Notes under the pieces: model-generated | What the model was told of the DNA's origin: nothing | What the model saw: the letters and a program-made list of their open reading frames with translations, nothing else | Database searches by the model: none | Source of the DNA: an uncultured Eubacterium sp. | Lineage (GTDB): Bacteria > Bacillota > Clostridia > Peptostreptococcales > Anaerovoracaceae | NCBI GenBank assembly: GCA_905193765.1 | Contig: CAJJPZ010000001.1 | Location: forward strand, 1 to 55,073 | DNA: 55,073 nucleotides | Direction: 5' to 3' | Program-made: the position numbers and the translations under genes | Shown: piece after piece, positions 9,891-20,955 of the stretch | Numbering within the stretch: the stretch's first letter is position 1 | Layout: each line of letters starts with the position of its first letter

Positions 9891-11159
9891 TCAGTTCTTC
9901 TCCGGATCATACTTGCGCTTCGGTGCAGTGCTGTATGCCCGGATCAGTGTCACGATCAGGAGGGCAGCTGTGGCAATCAGCCACGGTGTCTGGTAACTGC
10001 CGAATTTTTCATAAAGAGCACCGAGACCCGCTGCTCCGAATGCCCCTCCTATGCCGATGAAGATATTGACATATCCCAGCAGCCTCGGCATGTCCTTTTC
10101 ACCATACATATAGCTCATCAGCAGTGGCGACACTATGTTCACCGTAGCAACACCGAGGATCCAGAATACACCATACATCACCACGGCACTCTTTGACACT
10201 GACAGCATCGACAGACCCACAGTGGACAGCGCGAAACAAAACGCACTACATACGGCACCCACAGATAATTTCCTGTCGCATACCCAGCCCACGAAAGGAC
10301 CGATAAGTACAGCTACCAGAGACAGAGCCGATGTCACAGCTGTCGCCTGTGCCGGCGTGAATCCTGCGACAACCATTGTCGGTATCCCGTGCTGGAGTAT
10401 AGCACTGGAAGCCACTACAGCCAGGCAGCATGATATGAGCACGAACCATGTCACCGGCTTCCTTATAGCCATGCTGAACTCCACGCCCTGCTCTACAGCC
10501 GGCAGAGCAGCTGCTCTCTCCGCCACATCCGGATCACCGATACGTTTTATTCCTTTGTCTTCCGGGCTCCATTTAACGAACTTAATAACGAACAACAGCG
10601 CTATGACTATGAAAACAGCCACCATCATATACCCCGCTCTCCAGCTGAATCTGCCGATGACAGCAGTCAGCACGTTCAGTTCCAGTATGAATATCAGCTG
10701 CATCCCCGCCAGGAATATGCTAATGGCTCTGCCTTTTGCCTTTTCACCGAACCAGTTGGACACAAGCAGCTGACATGGAGTCATCGTCATTGCTGCGAAG
10801 CAGAACCCCTGAGGAACAGCAAATATGTAGAACATCCACAGATTCTGTGCAAGGGCGAATCCTGCAAAGGATATGATCCCTATGATGCCTGCCGTTATCA
10901 TCAGCTTTTTTATATTTTTCCTGTCCATATGTTTCGAAACTATAACCAGAGTTAGTATCGACGTCAGCGACATTATGGTCAGATACAGTGAATACGCCGC
11001 CACCGACAGACCCAGATCCTGCGTCACAGGCAGCATGAACGCACCCGTTGCCGAAACTATCCCACTGTATACGAAGCCTGTAACAACTGCCGCAGTGAGC
11101 ACGATCCACCATCCGTAATAGATTTTTCCATTTTCATCTTTAAAAGAAAAGCCTTTCAT
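9891..11159 (-). CDS. MFS transporter
   Basis: About 12 hydrophobic segments, YYGWWIV N-terminus, VSNWFGEKAKGRA motif; start placed at ATG 11159 behind GGAGG (ORF track extends to 11180). Confidence 0.88.
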   Translation of the reverse strand: MKGFSFKDENGKIYYGWWIVLTAAVVTGFVYSGIVSATGAFMLPVTQDLGLSVAAYSLYLTIMSLTSILTLVIVSKHMDRKNIKKLMITAGIIGIISFAGFALAQNLWMFYIFAVPQGFCFAAMTMTPCQLLVSNWFGEKAKGRAISIFLAGMQLIFILELNVLTAVIGRFSWRAGYMMVAVFIVIALLFVIKFVKWSPEDKGIKRIGDPDVAERAAALPAVEQGVEFSMAIRKPVTWFVLISCCLAVVASSAILQHGIPTMVVAGFTPAQATAVTSALSLVAVLIGPFVGWVCDRKLSVGAVCSAFCFALSTVGLSMLSVSKSAVVMYGVFWILGVATVNIVSPLLMSYMYGEKDMPRLLGYVNIFIGIGGAFGAAGLGALYEKFGSYQTPWLIATAALLIVTLIRAYSTAPKRKYDPEKN

Positions 11160-11183
11160 GATTTCTTCCTCCTTCTTCATTCT

Positions 11184-12818
11184 TCATTCGCCCTGCTTCC
11201 TGTAAATGATATCGCCGTCCATCATGGTCAGGACCACTTCCGCTTCAAGTATCTCCGCAGGGTCACGTCTGAACAGATCGCGGTCGAACACAGCGATGTC
11301 TGCCAGTTTGCCCTTTTCCAAAGTCCCAAGTTCCTCTTCGCGGCCAAGGCAGTAAGCGCTGCCGCGAGTGTATGCCCTGATCGCTTGTGCCAGCGTTATC
11401 TCCTGTCCCGACCCGCGGTCCACCGGATTTCCCTCAGGGTCGCACCTCGTAACTGCAAAGTAAATGTTCAGCCTCGGATCGAATGGCGCCACCGGATAAT
11501 CTGTACTGAATGCAACATTAACGTCATGATCCAGCATCGTCTTCAGTGCGTACTGCCGCGACGCCCGCTCAGGTCCCAGTTTCACCCGAAGCGTGTCTCC
11601 GAGAAACATCAGGTGTGACGGCTGCATCGATGCGGTCACATCGAGTTCATGGAACCTGTCTATGTCATCTTCACAGAAAGTCTCCACATGTTCTATGGAA
11701 TTCCTGACCCCGCTGCTGCACTTTGCATGTGCGGAGGCTGCAAGGGCATCAAGGGCCATATGCACTGCGCCCTCTCCTGTGCAGTGCAGCTTGACGCCAT
11801 ACCCCGCGCGGTTGGCCGCTGTCACCATATGCCTGTAGTGCTCCTGCGGGTAGAATGTGCTTCCTTTCTCTCCGGGACTGTCGGTGTACGGACTCAGCAG
11901 GAACGCCGTGTGGTTGCTGTGGACACCGTCGATGAACGCCTTCAGGCCCGATACCCTGAACTTGTCCGATTGGAACTCCTGTCGATATCCTTCCACTATC
12001 CTGAAGCTGTCGTCCATCCCGAGAGACGGGTACAGGTGCAGCCTCACGCTGAGCCTGTTTTCCAGCTCCATTTCTCTGATGATCCTCATGTTTTCAGTGA
12101 TTTCCGCGGGCTCCGGCAGCACCGTTATGTCCGTCGTCCCCGTTATTCCCGCTCTGGAAAGCTGCTCCAGGAAGTCCCCGATGAGTTCCCGGCTAGTCTC
12201 TTCCGGCAGTGCCTGGGCCTTCACAGAACACGGCGCGCAGGCATCCATTTCGTGGAGCACACCGTTGGCTTCACCGTTTTCATATGTCTCTATCTCTCCA
12301 AAGGCCAGCTTTCTGCCGGGGTCCACACCGCAGTCCTCCAGCGCCCTGGAATTCAGCCAGAAAGAGTGTCCGTCCGCGCACATCAGATACACGGGGCGGT
12401 CCGGCTCGATCTCGTCCAGCATCTTCTTGTCAGGCCTGCGACTGTCAGTCCATCCCGGCGGGAACCACCCCATCCCGGTCACCGTCCTGTATTCCGGGTG
12501 TTTTCGTGCAAAATCTCCAATGACCTTCACACATTCTTCTGCAGATCTGCAGTCAAACAGATCTCTGCACATATACCGGCTGTTCTGGAATATACCGTCA
12601 AAAAAATGCATGTGCGCATCTATCATGCCCGGGATGATCAGACCGTCCCCGCAGTCTATCACTTCAAAGCCCTGCTCCTCCCAGTACCCGGCAGTCCCCT
12701 CGTCACTGCCTGTCCCGGCGATCCGGTTCCCCTGCACTGCAACGAATCCCGAAAATGTTCTATCCTGCACAGAATCGAATATCGCTGTGCTCTTCAGCAG
12801 ATACCCTGAACCTGCCAT
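11184..12818 (-). CDS. Amidohydrolase family 3 (YtcJ-like) metal-dependent hydrolase
   Basis: PGMIDAHMH, DGHSFWLNS, LKAFIDG, HCTGE, SIEHVE, FSTDYP, GTLEKGKLADIAV; RBS AGGAGGTG. Confidence 0.9.
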   Translation of the reverse strand: MAGSGYLLKSTAIFDSVQDRTFSGFVAVQGNRIAGTGSDEGTAGYWEEQGFEVIDCGDGLIIPGMIDAHMHFFDGIFQNSRYMCRDLFDCRSAEECVKVIGDFARKHPEYRTVTGMGWFPPGWTDSRRPDKKMLDEIEPDRPVYLMCADGHSFWLNSRALEDCGVDPGRKLAFGEIETYENGEANGVLHEMDACAPCSVKAQALPEETSRELIGDFLEQLSRAGITGTTDITVLPEPAEITENMRIIREMELENRLSVRLHLYPSLGMDDSFRIVEGYRQEFQSDKFRVSGLKAFIDGVHSNHTAFLLSPYTDSPGEKGSTFYPQEHYRHMVTAANRAGYGVKLHCTGEGAVHMALDALAASAHAKCSSGVRNSIEHVETFCEDDIDRFHELDVTASMQPSHLMFLGDTLRVKLGPERASRQYALKTMLDHDVNVAFSTDYPVAPFDPRLNIYFAVTRCDPEGNPVDRGSGQEITLAQAIRAYTRGSAYCLGREEELGTLEKGKLADIAVFDRDLFRRDPAEILEAEVVLTMMDGDIIYRKQGE

Positions 12819-13121
12819 ATACATCACCTCCTATAGTTTTATGATTATTTTATCTTGTCAGAATATTTTTAAAACACCCGTCAGGCTTATCTTTCTACGA
12901 CCGGCGCTAATACTTTTTGATTACAGAACTAATTCGCCGGAGTTATACGATCGTTATGCAAATTCACGGCGGCGCGTACTATACCTTGTTTTTTGCATGA
13001 AAAAACAGAGCCTGCCGGCAAAGATATCGGCGGATATCTTCTGTTCAGCTGACTCTGCTGTTTCTGTATGTGCATTATGTTCATATGGGTCCGGGGACGG
13101 GATCCGCCCCGGCAGGCTGTA

Positions 13122-13898
13122 TCATTTCCCATATGTGCCCTGGGGCAGTATTTTCAATAGTTCCACGCGGCTGTTTATCTCCAGCTTGCCGAAAATATTG
13201 CTTATATGTTTTTTCAGTGTGTTCCTTGATATGGAAAGGATCTCGCAGATCTCGTCGTCGGTGGAGCCCCGGCTCCACAGTTCGATGACTTCTACTTCCC
13301 TGTCCGTGAGACTGTATCGTTTTTTTACTGAATAGAGGGACGCTCCGCCTGTGTCGGGACAGCGGTTCCGGCTCTGTTTGTCTTTCCATAAAAATATGTT
13401 GAGATGGGCTTTGAGGATGTTCATTATCTCGATGTCCTTGTCCGAGAAATCCTCTCCTGAAGCTGTGCGGTAAAGGCTCAGGCTTCCCAGCGCCTGTCCT
13501 TCATAGCCGATCCCTGCGAAAAGCGAGTACCTTATCCCCTTCGGCTCCCACAGTCTTTGGTAATACTCGTCGTCCTCCATGTCGTTTTTCAGGGTATAGT
13601 CGCGGACTCTGACAACAGTATGGGTCGGGTCCGAGAACAGTTTTCTCAGGGGTTTGAATGGGTCCATGTCTTCTTCCCTGCAGTAGCTCTCCAGTTCCTC
13701 CCGAGTCAGACCTACCCCGACAGGTTTCGTACTCCGGTCATTTTCATAAAGGTAGAATGATGCATGATCGAAGTAGATCATCATCTGCAGCAGGTCGAAG
13801 AAAGTCTGCCTCATTTTCACGTTATCTTCTGCACTGTGTATGTTGAGTATTATCTCGTTGATAAAACTCCATTCTCTCTCTGTAAGTGACACCCGCAT
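13122..13898 (-). CDS. LuxR-family transcriptional regulator with N-terminal sensory (GAF-like) domain
   Basis: C-terminal LTDREVEVI...EICEILSISRNTLKKHISNIFGKLEINSRVEL. Confidence 0.88.
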   Translation of the reverse strand: MRVSLTEREWSFINEIILNIHSAEDNVKMRQTFFDLLQMMIYFDHASFYLYENDRSTKPVGVGLTREELESYCREEDMDPFKPLRKLFSDPTHTVVRVRDYTLKNDMEDDEYYQRLWEPKGIRYSLFAGIGYEGQALGSLSLYRTASGEDFSDKDIEIMNILKAHLNIFLWKDKQSRNRCPDTGGASLYSVKKRYSLTDREVEVIELWSRGSTDDEICEILSISRNTLKKHISNIFGKLEINSRVELLKILPQGTYGK

Positions 13899-13923
13899 CT
13901 CACCTCCGTTCCGGGATCCCGTT

Positions 13924-13978
13924 AAAAAAACGGGGGCTGTGCATAAACATCTCGCGCATGTCTGTGCAGCAGCCCCCT
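13924..13978 (-). terminator. Rho-independent terminator after PaaI gene
   Basis: GGGGCTG.TGCA stem on both arms followed by T7 on minus strand. Confidence 0.65.
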
Positions 13979-14012
13979 GACTGGTCTTGTCCCTACAAGG
14001 TCCTTTGCTGAT

Positions 14013-14456
14013 CTATTTCGCTCTGTCGGCCACGCTCTTCTTATATGGTACGAATGTACCGGATGCTGTGGCAACGATCAGGTCGCTTTCTTTTTCTCTG
14101 GCCACGCAGGTAGCACGGATCAGCGTGTTGCCCATGCTTGTGATCTGCGTCGTGAAAATGAACGCGCCTTTGAGAAACGGCTTGATGAAGCTCACCTGGA
14201 GGTCAGCTGTGGACACGCCGTTCTCGCCTCTGAAAGCAGCTGCCGTGATACCCATGGCTGTGTCGAACATGGACGCGATAGCGCCACCATGGATCTCATC
14301 ACGCTGATTCTTCTCCCAACCCTTGGTCAGGAACAGGATCTTCGAAACCCGCGCCTCCTCATCGCATTCCAGGAAATATGGATCCAGCATGTTGTTCAGT
14401 CTCAGTTCATGGGGATCCTTAACGAGCTCTATCGCCTTTTCGAATTTTTCTTTCAT
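14013..14456 (-). CDS. PaaI-family (hotdog) thioesterase
   Basis: NQRDEIHGGAIASMFDTAMG, STADLQVSFIKP, VATASGTF. Confidence 0.88.
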   Translation of the reverse strand: MKEKFEKAIELVKDPHELRLNNMLDPYFLECDEEARVSKILFLTKGWEKNQRDEIHGGAIASMFDTAMGITAAAFRGENGVSTADLQVSFIKPFLKGAFIFTTQITSMGNTLIRATCVAREKESDLIVATASGTFVPYKKSVADRAK

Positions 14457-14565
14457 AGTCAGTTAGTTCCTCTCTTTATGCAAATTTTAGCGTTAAGCCG
14501 CAACTCTTACGCTCTGGCAGACTGCCACCTGCTGACTGTTCGTTCTGCCATGAAGCCCGCCTGTA

Positions 14566-14618
14566 GCTCTCGCATGGGACCTTCTGCGATCTGCTCTGCA
14601 AATCGGGATAGGTCTCCA
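14566..14618. repeat. Second dispersed repeat family, module GCTCTCGCATGGGACCTTC...GGGATAGGTCTCCA
   Basis: Near-identical at 20819-20871, inverted at 26591-26641, partial inverted at 52788-52807. Confidence 0.85.
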
Positions 14619-15142
14619 TATACAAAATCTCTGCTTCTGTGCACGATCCCTCGCTGCGCCAGAGATATATCATACATCGATGCCGCTGCTTTACAGGCAC
14701 GGCTTTCGTAGCCTGCCTGCCAGGCCTGTCCCTTCCGGGTCCATGCAGCATCTTAGCAGAAAAAACGACACATTCGAAACATATGCCGTTCTCTCCTGTT
14801 ATTTATAATTATTATTTATCCGACTGGTTTTGTAAAGCTTTTTTCTTGTTTTTGATACAAAAATACCCCGGTATACACATATTTCATGCGGGATTCCTCC
14901 GGATCACGCCGACGCACGGATCAGTTTATCCAGACCTGCGGATATATACCTGTACAAAAACACCTGACCAAACCCGTAACTACTGTTCTCCGCAGCGTCC
15001 CGGATGATCTCTCTCATCCTGTCCCATCACCTTCGGATCGAATCTTATCCCGTTCCCGCTGATGAACCCGGTCACATAACTGAGGTATCCGCCGCTCCGT
15101 CCCGGATCCAGATTGCAGTTGTACAGCAGGCTCTGGTTGTTG

Positions 15143-16123
15143 TCATAGCTCGGCTGTGCCGGTAACTTCTGTTTCGTCTGCATCACCGCCATCGGCGTCC
15201 TCTGCTGCTTCCGTTACGCCTGATCCTGCAGGTGGTGCTGCCGGAGACAGACACATCAGCGTCAGTGCGGCAACTGTCACTACAAGGCCCAGCAGATTCA
15301 GTGCTGTAGGCATCTCATGATAGAAGATCATTCCGAACACGAACGCCGCCACAGGCTCACCGCCCCCGGCAAGGATCGCAACGCGGCCATTTTCCATATA
15401 GACAAGGGACAGGCTGTACAGGGCGTATGGCAGAACCACAGCGCACAGAGCGTGGAGCAGTGTGAATCCGCCGTGCATCACCGGAGCTTCTGCTATAAAG
15501 CCTGTCAGCTTCCCGAGATCCGCGATCGGTATCAGCGCTATGGATATCATCAGCATGCTGTAGAACATTATCGTAAAGGTGGAATATCCCCGGTTAGTGG
15601 CAAACCGCGAGAATACTCCGTAAAGCGCGAAGAACACCGCCGACGCCAGGCCCGACAGTATGCCGAACAGCGACCAGCCCGTGCCGCTGCCTGACTCGAT
15701 GACCCCGCTAGCCAGGATGCAGCCCGCAACAGCCATCACAAGGCAGCCGATTTTGCGCCGGGTTATCCTCTCGCGGAAAATGACCGCAGACAGGAACAGT
15801 GCGAAAAACGGCGCGGTACTCAGCAGTATTGCAGCCAGTGACAGCGACAACAGTCTTACCGACTCGTTGTAGAATATATTAAGACCCAGCATCCCTACGA
15901 TCCCGCATCCCGCGAAGATCCACAGATCCCTGATCCGCACTCTCAGCTGCTCCCTGCCGGTCACCAGCAGAACGATGAACAGCAAGCTCGCTGCCATCAT
16001 CATCCTCGATGCGATGATCGTATAGTTGTTCATGCCGTGAGCCGTCAGAGTCCTCACGAATACTCCCGATGATCCCCACAGGAACCCTGCAAAGACCGGC
16101 AGGAGCACCACTGCCTTTTTCAT
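15143..16123 (-). CDS. EamA/DMT family transporter
   Basis: LWGSSGVFVR start, about 10 TM segments, AAILLSTAPFF and GEPVAA motifs. Confidence 0.88.
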   Translation of the reverse strand: MKKAVVLLPVFAGFLWGSSGVFVRTLTAHGMNNYTIIASRMMMAASLLFIVLLVTGREQLRVRIRDLWIFAGCGIVGMLGLNIFYNESVRLLSLSLAAILLSTAPFFALFLSAVIFRERITRRKIGCLVMAVAGCILASGVIESGSGTGWSLFGILSGLASAVFFALYGVFSRFATNRGYSTFTIMFYSMLMISIALIPIADLGKLTGFIAEAPVMHGGFTLLHALCAVVLPYALYSLSLVYMENGRVAILAGGGEPVAAFVFGMIFYHEMPTALNLLGLVVTVAALTLMCLSPAAPPAGSGVTEAAEDADGGDADETEVTGTAEL

Positions 16124-16524
16124 AATGCCTGCTAACCTCCGTTACCGGATGACCCTGCGGCTTTTTCATGACCGCGGACACCCATATTTCCATGGGAATA
16201 TGCTATCACGTCATGGAAATGTGTGTCAAGGACTTTGAAGTCATGCAACCGAAATCACAGTATTTGCAACTGCCAGGCGACTTCCGCAACTGTCGCGATA
16301 CATTTCGCAACCGGGACGCCCCGCAACGGTCTGGCCCACAGTTCACCGTCTCCGTCAACCCGAGGCGTCAGTGCACACATGGGGCTGATTCCATCCTTGG
16401 GATCCCTTTTCACAAAAAGAAAAACCACCGCACAGATATGCTTCGTTCCGTGCGGTGATCCCTGATATCATGATCATTACGGCATATTCCGTAGCTGCAT
16501 CGCTGCAGTCGCGGCCGTCCGATC

Positions 16525-17373
16525 TTATTTGTTGTAGTTGTAGAAACCTTCTCCAGTCTTTCTTCCCAGCTTGTTGGCTCTTACCATCTTTCTGAGGAGC
16601 GGATGAGGTCTGTACTTAGTGTCGCCGAATTCACGATAGAGAGTTTCCATGATAGCCAGGCAAACGTCCAGTCCGATCAGGTCGCCCAGTGCGAGAGGTC
16701 CCATCGGATGGTTAGCTCCCAGCTGCATAGCTGTGTCGATACCTTCAACGTCAGAAACTCCGTCTGCCAGGATGCCGATACCCTCATTTACCATAGGGAT
16801 CAGTACTCTGTTTACAACGAATCCCGGAGCTTCTGCAACGTCTACAGGAGTCTTCTTCAGGTTCTTAGTCAGAGTCAGGATAGTTTCTCTTGTTTCGTCT
16901 GAAGTAGTCAGTCCCTTAACGATCTCTACCAGCTTCATTGCAGGTACAGGATTGAAGAAGTGCATTCCGATGATCCTGTCAGGTCTGTTTGTAGCTGCTG
17001 CGATCTCTGTGATGGAGAGAGCTGATGTGTTAGTTGCCAGTATAGTTTCCGGTTTGCAAAGTTCATCGAGTTCCTTGAACAGTGCTTTCTTTGCTTCCAT
17101 ATCTTCAGTTGCTGCTTCGATGATGAGGTCAGCATCCTTTACGATCTCAAGTTCAGTCGATCCCTTGATCCTGCCCATGATCTCAGCTTTGTCAGCTTCT
17201 GTGATCTTTTCCTTCTTGATCAGTCTGTCGAGGTTCTTCTCAACTGTAGCGATACCTCTGTCGATAGAAGTCTGTCTTCTTGCTCTCAGAACAACGTTGT
17301 ATCCGTTCTGTGCGCAAACCTGGATGATGCCTGCGCCCATTGTGCCTGTTCCAAGTACTCCGATAGTTTTCAT
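16525..17373 (-). CDS. hbd: 3-hydroxybutyryl-CoA dehydrogenase
   Basis: GTGTMGAGI Rossmann motif, [37 protein letters not shown] 17373 behind AGGAGG. Confidence 0.95.
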   Translation of the reverse strand: MKTIGVLGTGTMGAGIIQVCAQNGYNVVLRARRQTSIDRGIATVEKNLDRLIKKEKITEADKAEIMGRIKGSTELEIVKDADLIIEAATEDMEAKKALFKELDELCKPETILATNTSALSITEIAAATNRPDRIIGMHFFNPVPAMKLVEIVKGLTTSDETRETILTLTKNLKKTPVDVAEAPGFVVNRVLIPMVNEGIGILADGVSDVEGIDTAMQLGANHPMGPLALGDLIGLDVCLAIMETLYREFGDTKYRPHPLLRKMVRANKLGRKTGEGFYNYNK

Positions 17374-17409
17374 AAAATAATTCCTCCTTATCAATCTACA
17401 AGACCTAGA

Positions 17410-17427
17410 TTGTTGAAATATTAACTT
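17410..17427. promoter_or_regulatory. Candidate Rex operator upstream of hbd
   Basis: TTGTTGAAATATTAACTT versus clostridial Rex consensus TTGTTAANNNNTTAACAA; hbd is a known Rex target in clostridia. Confidence 0.6.
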
Positions 17428-17820
17428 TCGTACACATCGATTATATTGTGTGCTATTTCTATTGTACCTTATTTTTCATGCAAATTACAGAAAAATTTTT
17501 CCCGTTTTTAGGAAATATGTGTTTGTTGATTTCCGGATCGCTGCATTATTAGTTGTTTTGGGAAAAAAATCCATTTTTTAGGTTATGTTGCAACCTATTT
17601 GGGCTATTCTGAAAATTATGGATTTTTTTGTATCTTGATCCATGGAATACTTGACCCCTCTCTTATAAAATGCCGCATATAGCAGAGCGGATCCCGCTGA
17701 TCATCACATATACAGCGGATCTTACTGCCGATAGGTCAGGCCTGTTTTATGCAGGCCGCAGGATACCAGTTCCGGTATCCCGTGCAAAGAAAAATCGTTT
17801 CAACGAGAGGAGAAGAAATC

Positions 17821-18264
17821 ATGAAAAAGAAGTTATTGAGTTTCGTAATCGCCGCAGCTATGGTAATGGGCATCCCCGCAGCCCTGGGAAGCGCCGGACT
17901 GAATATGCCCGATGAAGTCACAGTAGCACCGGTGACAGCGAATGCAAAGACAACGACAAGTTCGATCGGATCGACAAGAAACAGCTCAACTAAAGCAACA
18001 GTTTCAGCATATGGGAGTTTTGACTTAAAAGCAAAAAAGGCAGTATGTACTATATTACTACAGGAAAAGAGTAACGGAGAATGGGTCTTGGCAAAAGGCT
18101 TATCAAAACGGTCATACACAAAAACGGTTTATAATTCCTATTCAATAACAGCATCCAAATCATTTACTGTAAAATCTGGTAAAGTATATCGTGCTAAAAT
18201 CATTTTTACAGACAAAAATTCTAAGGGTGAATATTTAAGAGTTCGTTATACCGGAGCATTCTAA
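17821..18264 (+). CDS. Small basic secreted hypothetical protein
   Basis: MKKKLLSFVIAAAMVMGIPAALG signal peptide behind GAGGAG; beta-rich Lys/Thr-rich mature part. Confidence 0.75.
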   Translation: MKKKLLSFVIAAAMVMGIPAALGSAGLNMPDEVTVAPVTANAKTTTSSIGSTRNSSTKATVSAYGSFDLKAKKAVCTILLQEKSNGEWVLAKGLSKRSYTKTVYNSYSITASKSFTVKSGKVYRAKIIFTDKNSKGEYLRVRYTGAF

Positions 18265-18350
18265 ATAAACATATACAAGAAAATAAGATGGATTACTATT
18301 TAAGTCACATTGCTTCTAACACCTATATACTCGTAATTATATAACTGTTG

Positions 18351-19160
18351 TTAGTTTATATACAACCCATCAACAAATTTGATTAAATCACTTTCAGACA
18401 ATATATTCCAAATTTCTATAACTATGCCATCATCATATTGTATGGTGGCTTTATTTTTTTCGCCAACCGCCTTAAAGTATATATCTCCAATTCCACTACT
18501 TATCTTTTTATCAAAATCTAAAATTTCCATAGATTCAAGATTTCCCATATGATAATATTCATGAACTTCTATTGTTCCTTTGGAGCTTTTAAATACGTAT
18601 TGATATGTAAAAGATGCTTCGTCTTCTTGTATTGTCAACTTTTCAAAATTATACGTCTCGGGAATATAATTAGGTACGACAAGTTTAGGGAAATGGTTTT
18701 TATAATATTCGTTAATTTCAGCCCAATCAGTAATAACATTTACATCCTCGCCGCCGTCATCTCCATATCCCCCATCTTTACTCACCACCATATCGTCTTT
18801 CACGATCTGTTCCTTCGGGTTTTTGTCTGCACCTACGTCAAAATAGCCGCCGGAGATAAAGAAAATTCCTGCGACAACTATAACGAACAGTGCTGCAAAT
18901 CCTGCTGTGCGCACTGTCCTTTTCCTGGTTTTACGGTCATGGCGGCTGACCATGTCCTCCAGATCGCTGACGGTGATCTCCTTCTCCGGGAAACTGTCAA
19001 GATACCTGTCGGTGGCATCTTTTATTATATCTTTCATAGTCCGTTCAGCCGTCGTCCGCTCTTCTGTGGCTCGTTCTTCCGCTGCCATGCGTGTTCCCGG
19101 ATCAGCACTGCCTGTACCGTCCATACCCTGATTTTTTCCTTTTACATCCCTACCCATCAT
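18351..19160 (-). CDS. Single-pass membrane protein, DUF4367-like; probable anti-sigma factor
   Basis: Basic stretch plus TM, VPNYIPETYNF motif, C-terminal LSESDLIKFVDGL; overlaps sigma stop; RBS AAGGAG. Confidence 0.7.
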   Translation of the reverse strand: MMGRDVKGKNQGMDGTGSADPGTRMAAEERATEERTTAERTMKDIIKDATDRYLDSFPEKEITVSDLEDMVSRHDRKTRKRTVRTAGFAALFVIVVAGIFFISGGYFDVGADKNPKEQIVKDDMVVSKDGGYGDDGGEDVNVITDWAEINEYYKNHFPKLVVPNYIPETYNFEKLTIQEDEASFTYQYVFKSSKGTIEVHEYYHMGNLESMEILDFDKKISSGIGDIYFKAVGEKNKATIQYDDGIVIEIWNILSESDLIKFVDGLYIN

Positions 19161-19698
19161 CGCGCTCCTTATCAAAAACGGCTTCTGAATTTTCCTTGAG
19201 CTTTTCCAGTCCCCTCCTGTAAAGACTTTTCACGGTGTTCACATTCACGCCAAGAACGGATGCGATCTCCGTGAATTTGTATCCTGCCCAAAAGTGCATA
19301 CGTATGACACATTTGCTGATTTCCGGCAGGCTGTCGATCAGGACATCGACGACATTCATGCGCTCCGCTTCCTGCAGGATGCTTTCCACAGTAGCCTCGC
19401 CCGCTACAAAATCATACAGGTCGATTTCCCTGCCGTCCTCTGCTCTGATAATATTCGATATCTCCTTGAGATTCAACCTCTTTCTGTAATATTCACCGAC
19501 TTTACGTCTGATGATCGTACTCAGCCATGGTCTGATACTGCTCTCTTGCTTCAACTTTCTGACAAATCTGACTGCAGCAACCATGACTTCCTCGCATACG
19601 TCGTCGACATCACTTTCATTAATGCCGCTGATACGTACACTTTTCCTCACGAAGTTGTAATTGCTGCAAAGTATACTAAGAAGTTCATTTTTCTTCAC
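19150..19698 (-). CDS. ECF sigma-70 factor
   Basis: DVDDVCEEV..., IRPWLSTIIRRK (region 2); LPE...FTEIASVLGVNVNTVKSLYRRGLEKLK (region 4). Confidence 0.88.
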   Translation of the reverse strand: MKKNELLSILCSNYNFVRKSVRISGINESDVDDVCEEVMVAAVRFVRKLKQESSIRPWLSTIIRRKVGEYYRKRLNLKEISNIIRAEDGREIDLYDFVAGEATVESILQEAERMNVVDVLIDSLPEISKCVIRMHFWAGYKFTEIASVLGVNVNTVKSLYRRGLEKLKENSEAVFDKERDDG

Positions 19699-19701
19699 TC
19701 G

Positions 19702-20070
19702 TTAACCCTTGTTCACTATGCCTTCGATATAAAGGCGCGCGATCTGTTCCATGCAACCCAGCTGCTCCACTGAACATACGCTGAGCGAACCTATTATATT
19801 CTCGCTGAGCAGCCTCCTTGTATCGTCATCCGGAAAGTTATCCGCGATGCCGTCAAGAATATAATCCGTGCTTACTCCCAGGATCTGCTTCAGCTTGTAC
19901 AGAGTCTTGATCGAGACGCCCTTTTCACCGTATTCGATGTCAGCCACAAATTTTCCTGTGACGTCCAGCATCCTGCCAAGGTCTTCTCTTGTCATCCCGA
20001 GACTTTCTCTGCGTGCTCTTATCCTCGCGCCTATTTCCTTCTTATCCAGTTCCTTGTACTCCATAACCAT
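19702..20070 (-). CDS. Xre-family HTH transcriptional regulator
   Basis: IGARIRARRESLGMTREDLG...IEYGEKGVSIKTLYKL..LGVSTDYILDG. Confidence 0.9.
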   Translation of the reverse strand: MVMEYKELDKKEIGARIRARRESLGMTREDLGRMLDVTGKFVADIEYGEKGVSIKTLYKLKQILGVSTDYILDGIADNFPDDDTRRLLSENIIGSLSVCSVEQLGCMEQIARLYIEGIVNKG

Positions 20071-20392
20071 CTACCCGATTCTACATGTAATAAATTATGT
20101 TCTATTAGTTTACATGTTATTTATAAAGAAAGCTTCCGTTATCAGATGGTTATTTTAAAACTTTCAGTGGTTTTTTGATTTTTATTCATTTTTCGAGTGT
20201 CTTTTTAAAATAATAACATTGTTAGGTGGATATGGATACCCACTCAGTTCGCATATTTGGCCGTGCAGGGTGCCTGCGGTAAGCCAACAACGCTTACGCT
20301 TATTCAGGGCACTGTAATATATTACATGATACTACATGCAACCATGGCTTAAACCCGCGATGATGATAACATCTGCGGCTGATGGTGCTGAT

Positions 20393-20699
20393 GGTAGAGT
20401 TTCCGGTGTTTTTTGCTCAAAAACCTACCCATGTGCCGGAAGGACATGATTTTCGCAAACTCCACGTATGGCAATGGTAGGGTTTCACAACCTTTTTTTC
20501 GAAAATCCTACGCTTCAGCTCAAAATCAGGCCGCTAGCTCTACCTGTACCTCAGGGGTCTTGAAGAAATCACGGATCATAGTAGGTTTTTTGATTTTTTG
20601 TCTAAGAAACTCTACTCTCGATGCATGCTCAGGAGCTCCGGCTGACGCTGCCAGCCTGGCGCAGTAGGTTTTCATAAAATTTTTCTCTAAAACTCTACC
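20393..20699. repeat. Phased GTAG-palindrome quartet, copy 3 (307 bp)
   Basis: Sites start at 20393, 20476, 20580, 20663; spacing 83/104/83; inverted homolog of copy 5. Confidence 0.95.
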
Positions 20700-20870
20700 A
20701 TCACACCGGCTCATCCACCAAATCGAGCAGTGCACCGCCAACGCTAACGCCTGTTTGCTATCTGTTCTGTCTAGCCAGGCAAAGCCTGTGACAGAACGGC
20801 ACGTGCTAAAGCAATGCGGCTCTCGCATGGGACCTTCTGCGATCCGCTTCGCGCATCGGGATAGGTCTCC

Positions 20871-20905
20871 AAAAAAAAAGCGAGGCAGCTTTTGCTGCCT
20901 CGCTT
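20871..20905 (-). terminator. Rho-independent terminator after acyl-CoA thioesterase
   Basis: AAGCGAGGCAGC/GCTGCCTCGCTT stem with T9 on minus strand. Confidence 0.8.
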
Positions 20906-20955
20906 ATATCATCTGTTTCATCATGTCGTTCCGGGTACTGCCCGATACACCGGTG

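Noticed and set aside
20413..20828. Short ORFs over quartets (20413..20667, 20526..20828, 22399..22602, 27029..27355, 36106..36333)
   Set aside because: Frames are not conserved between copies and lack RBS; chance products of the repeat
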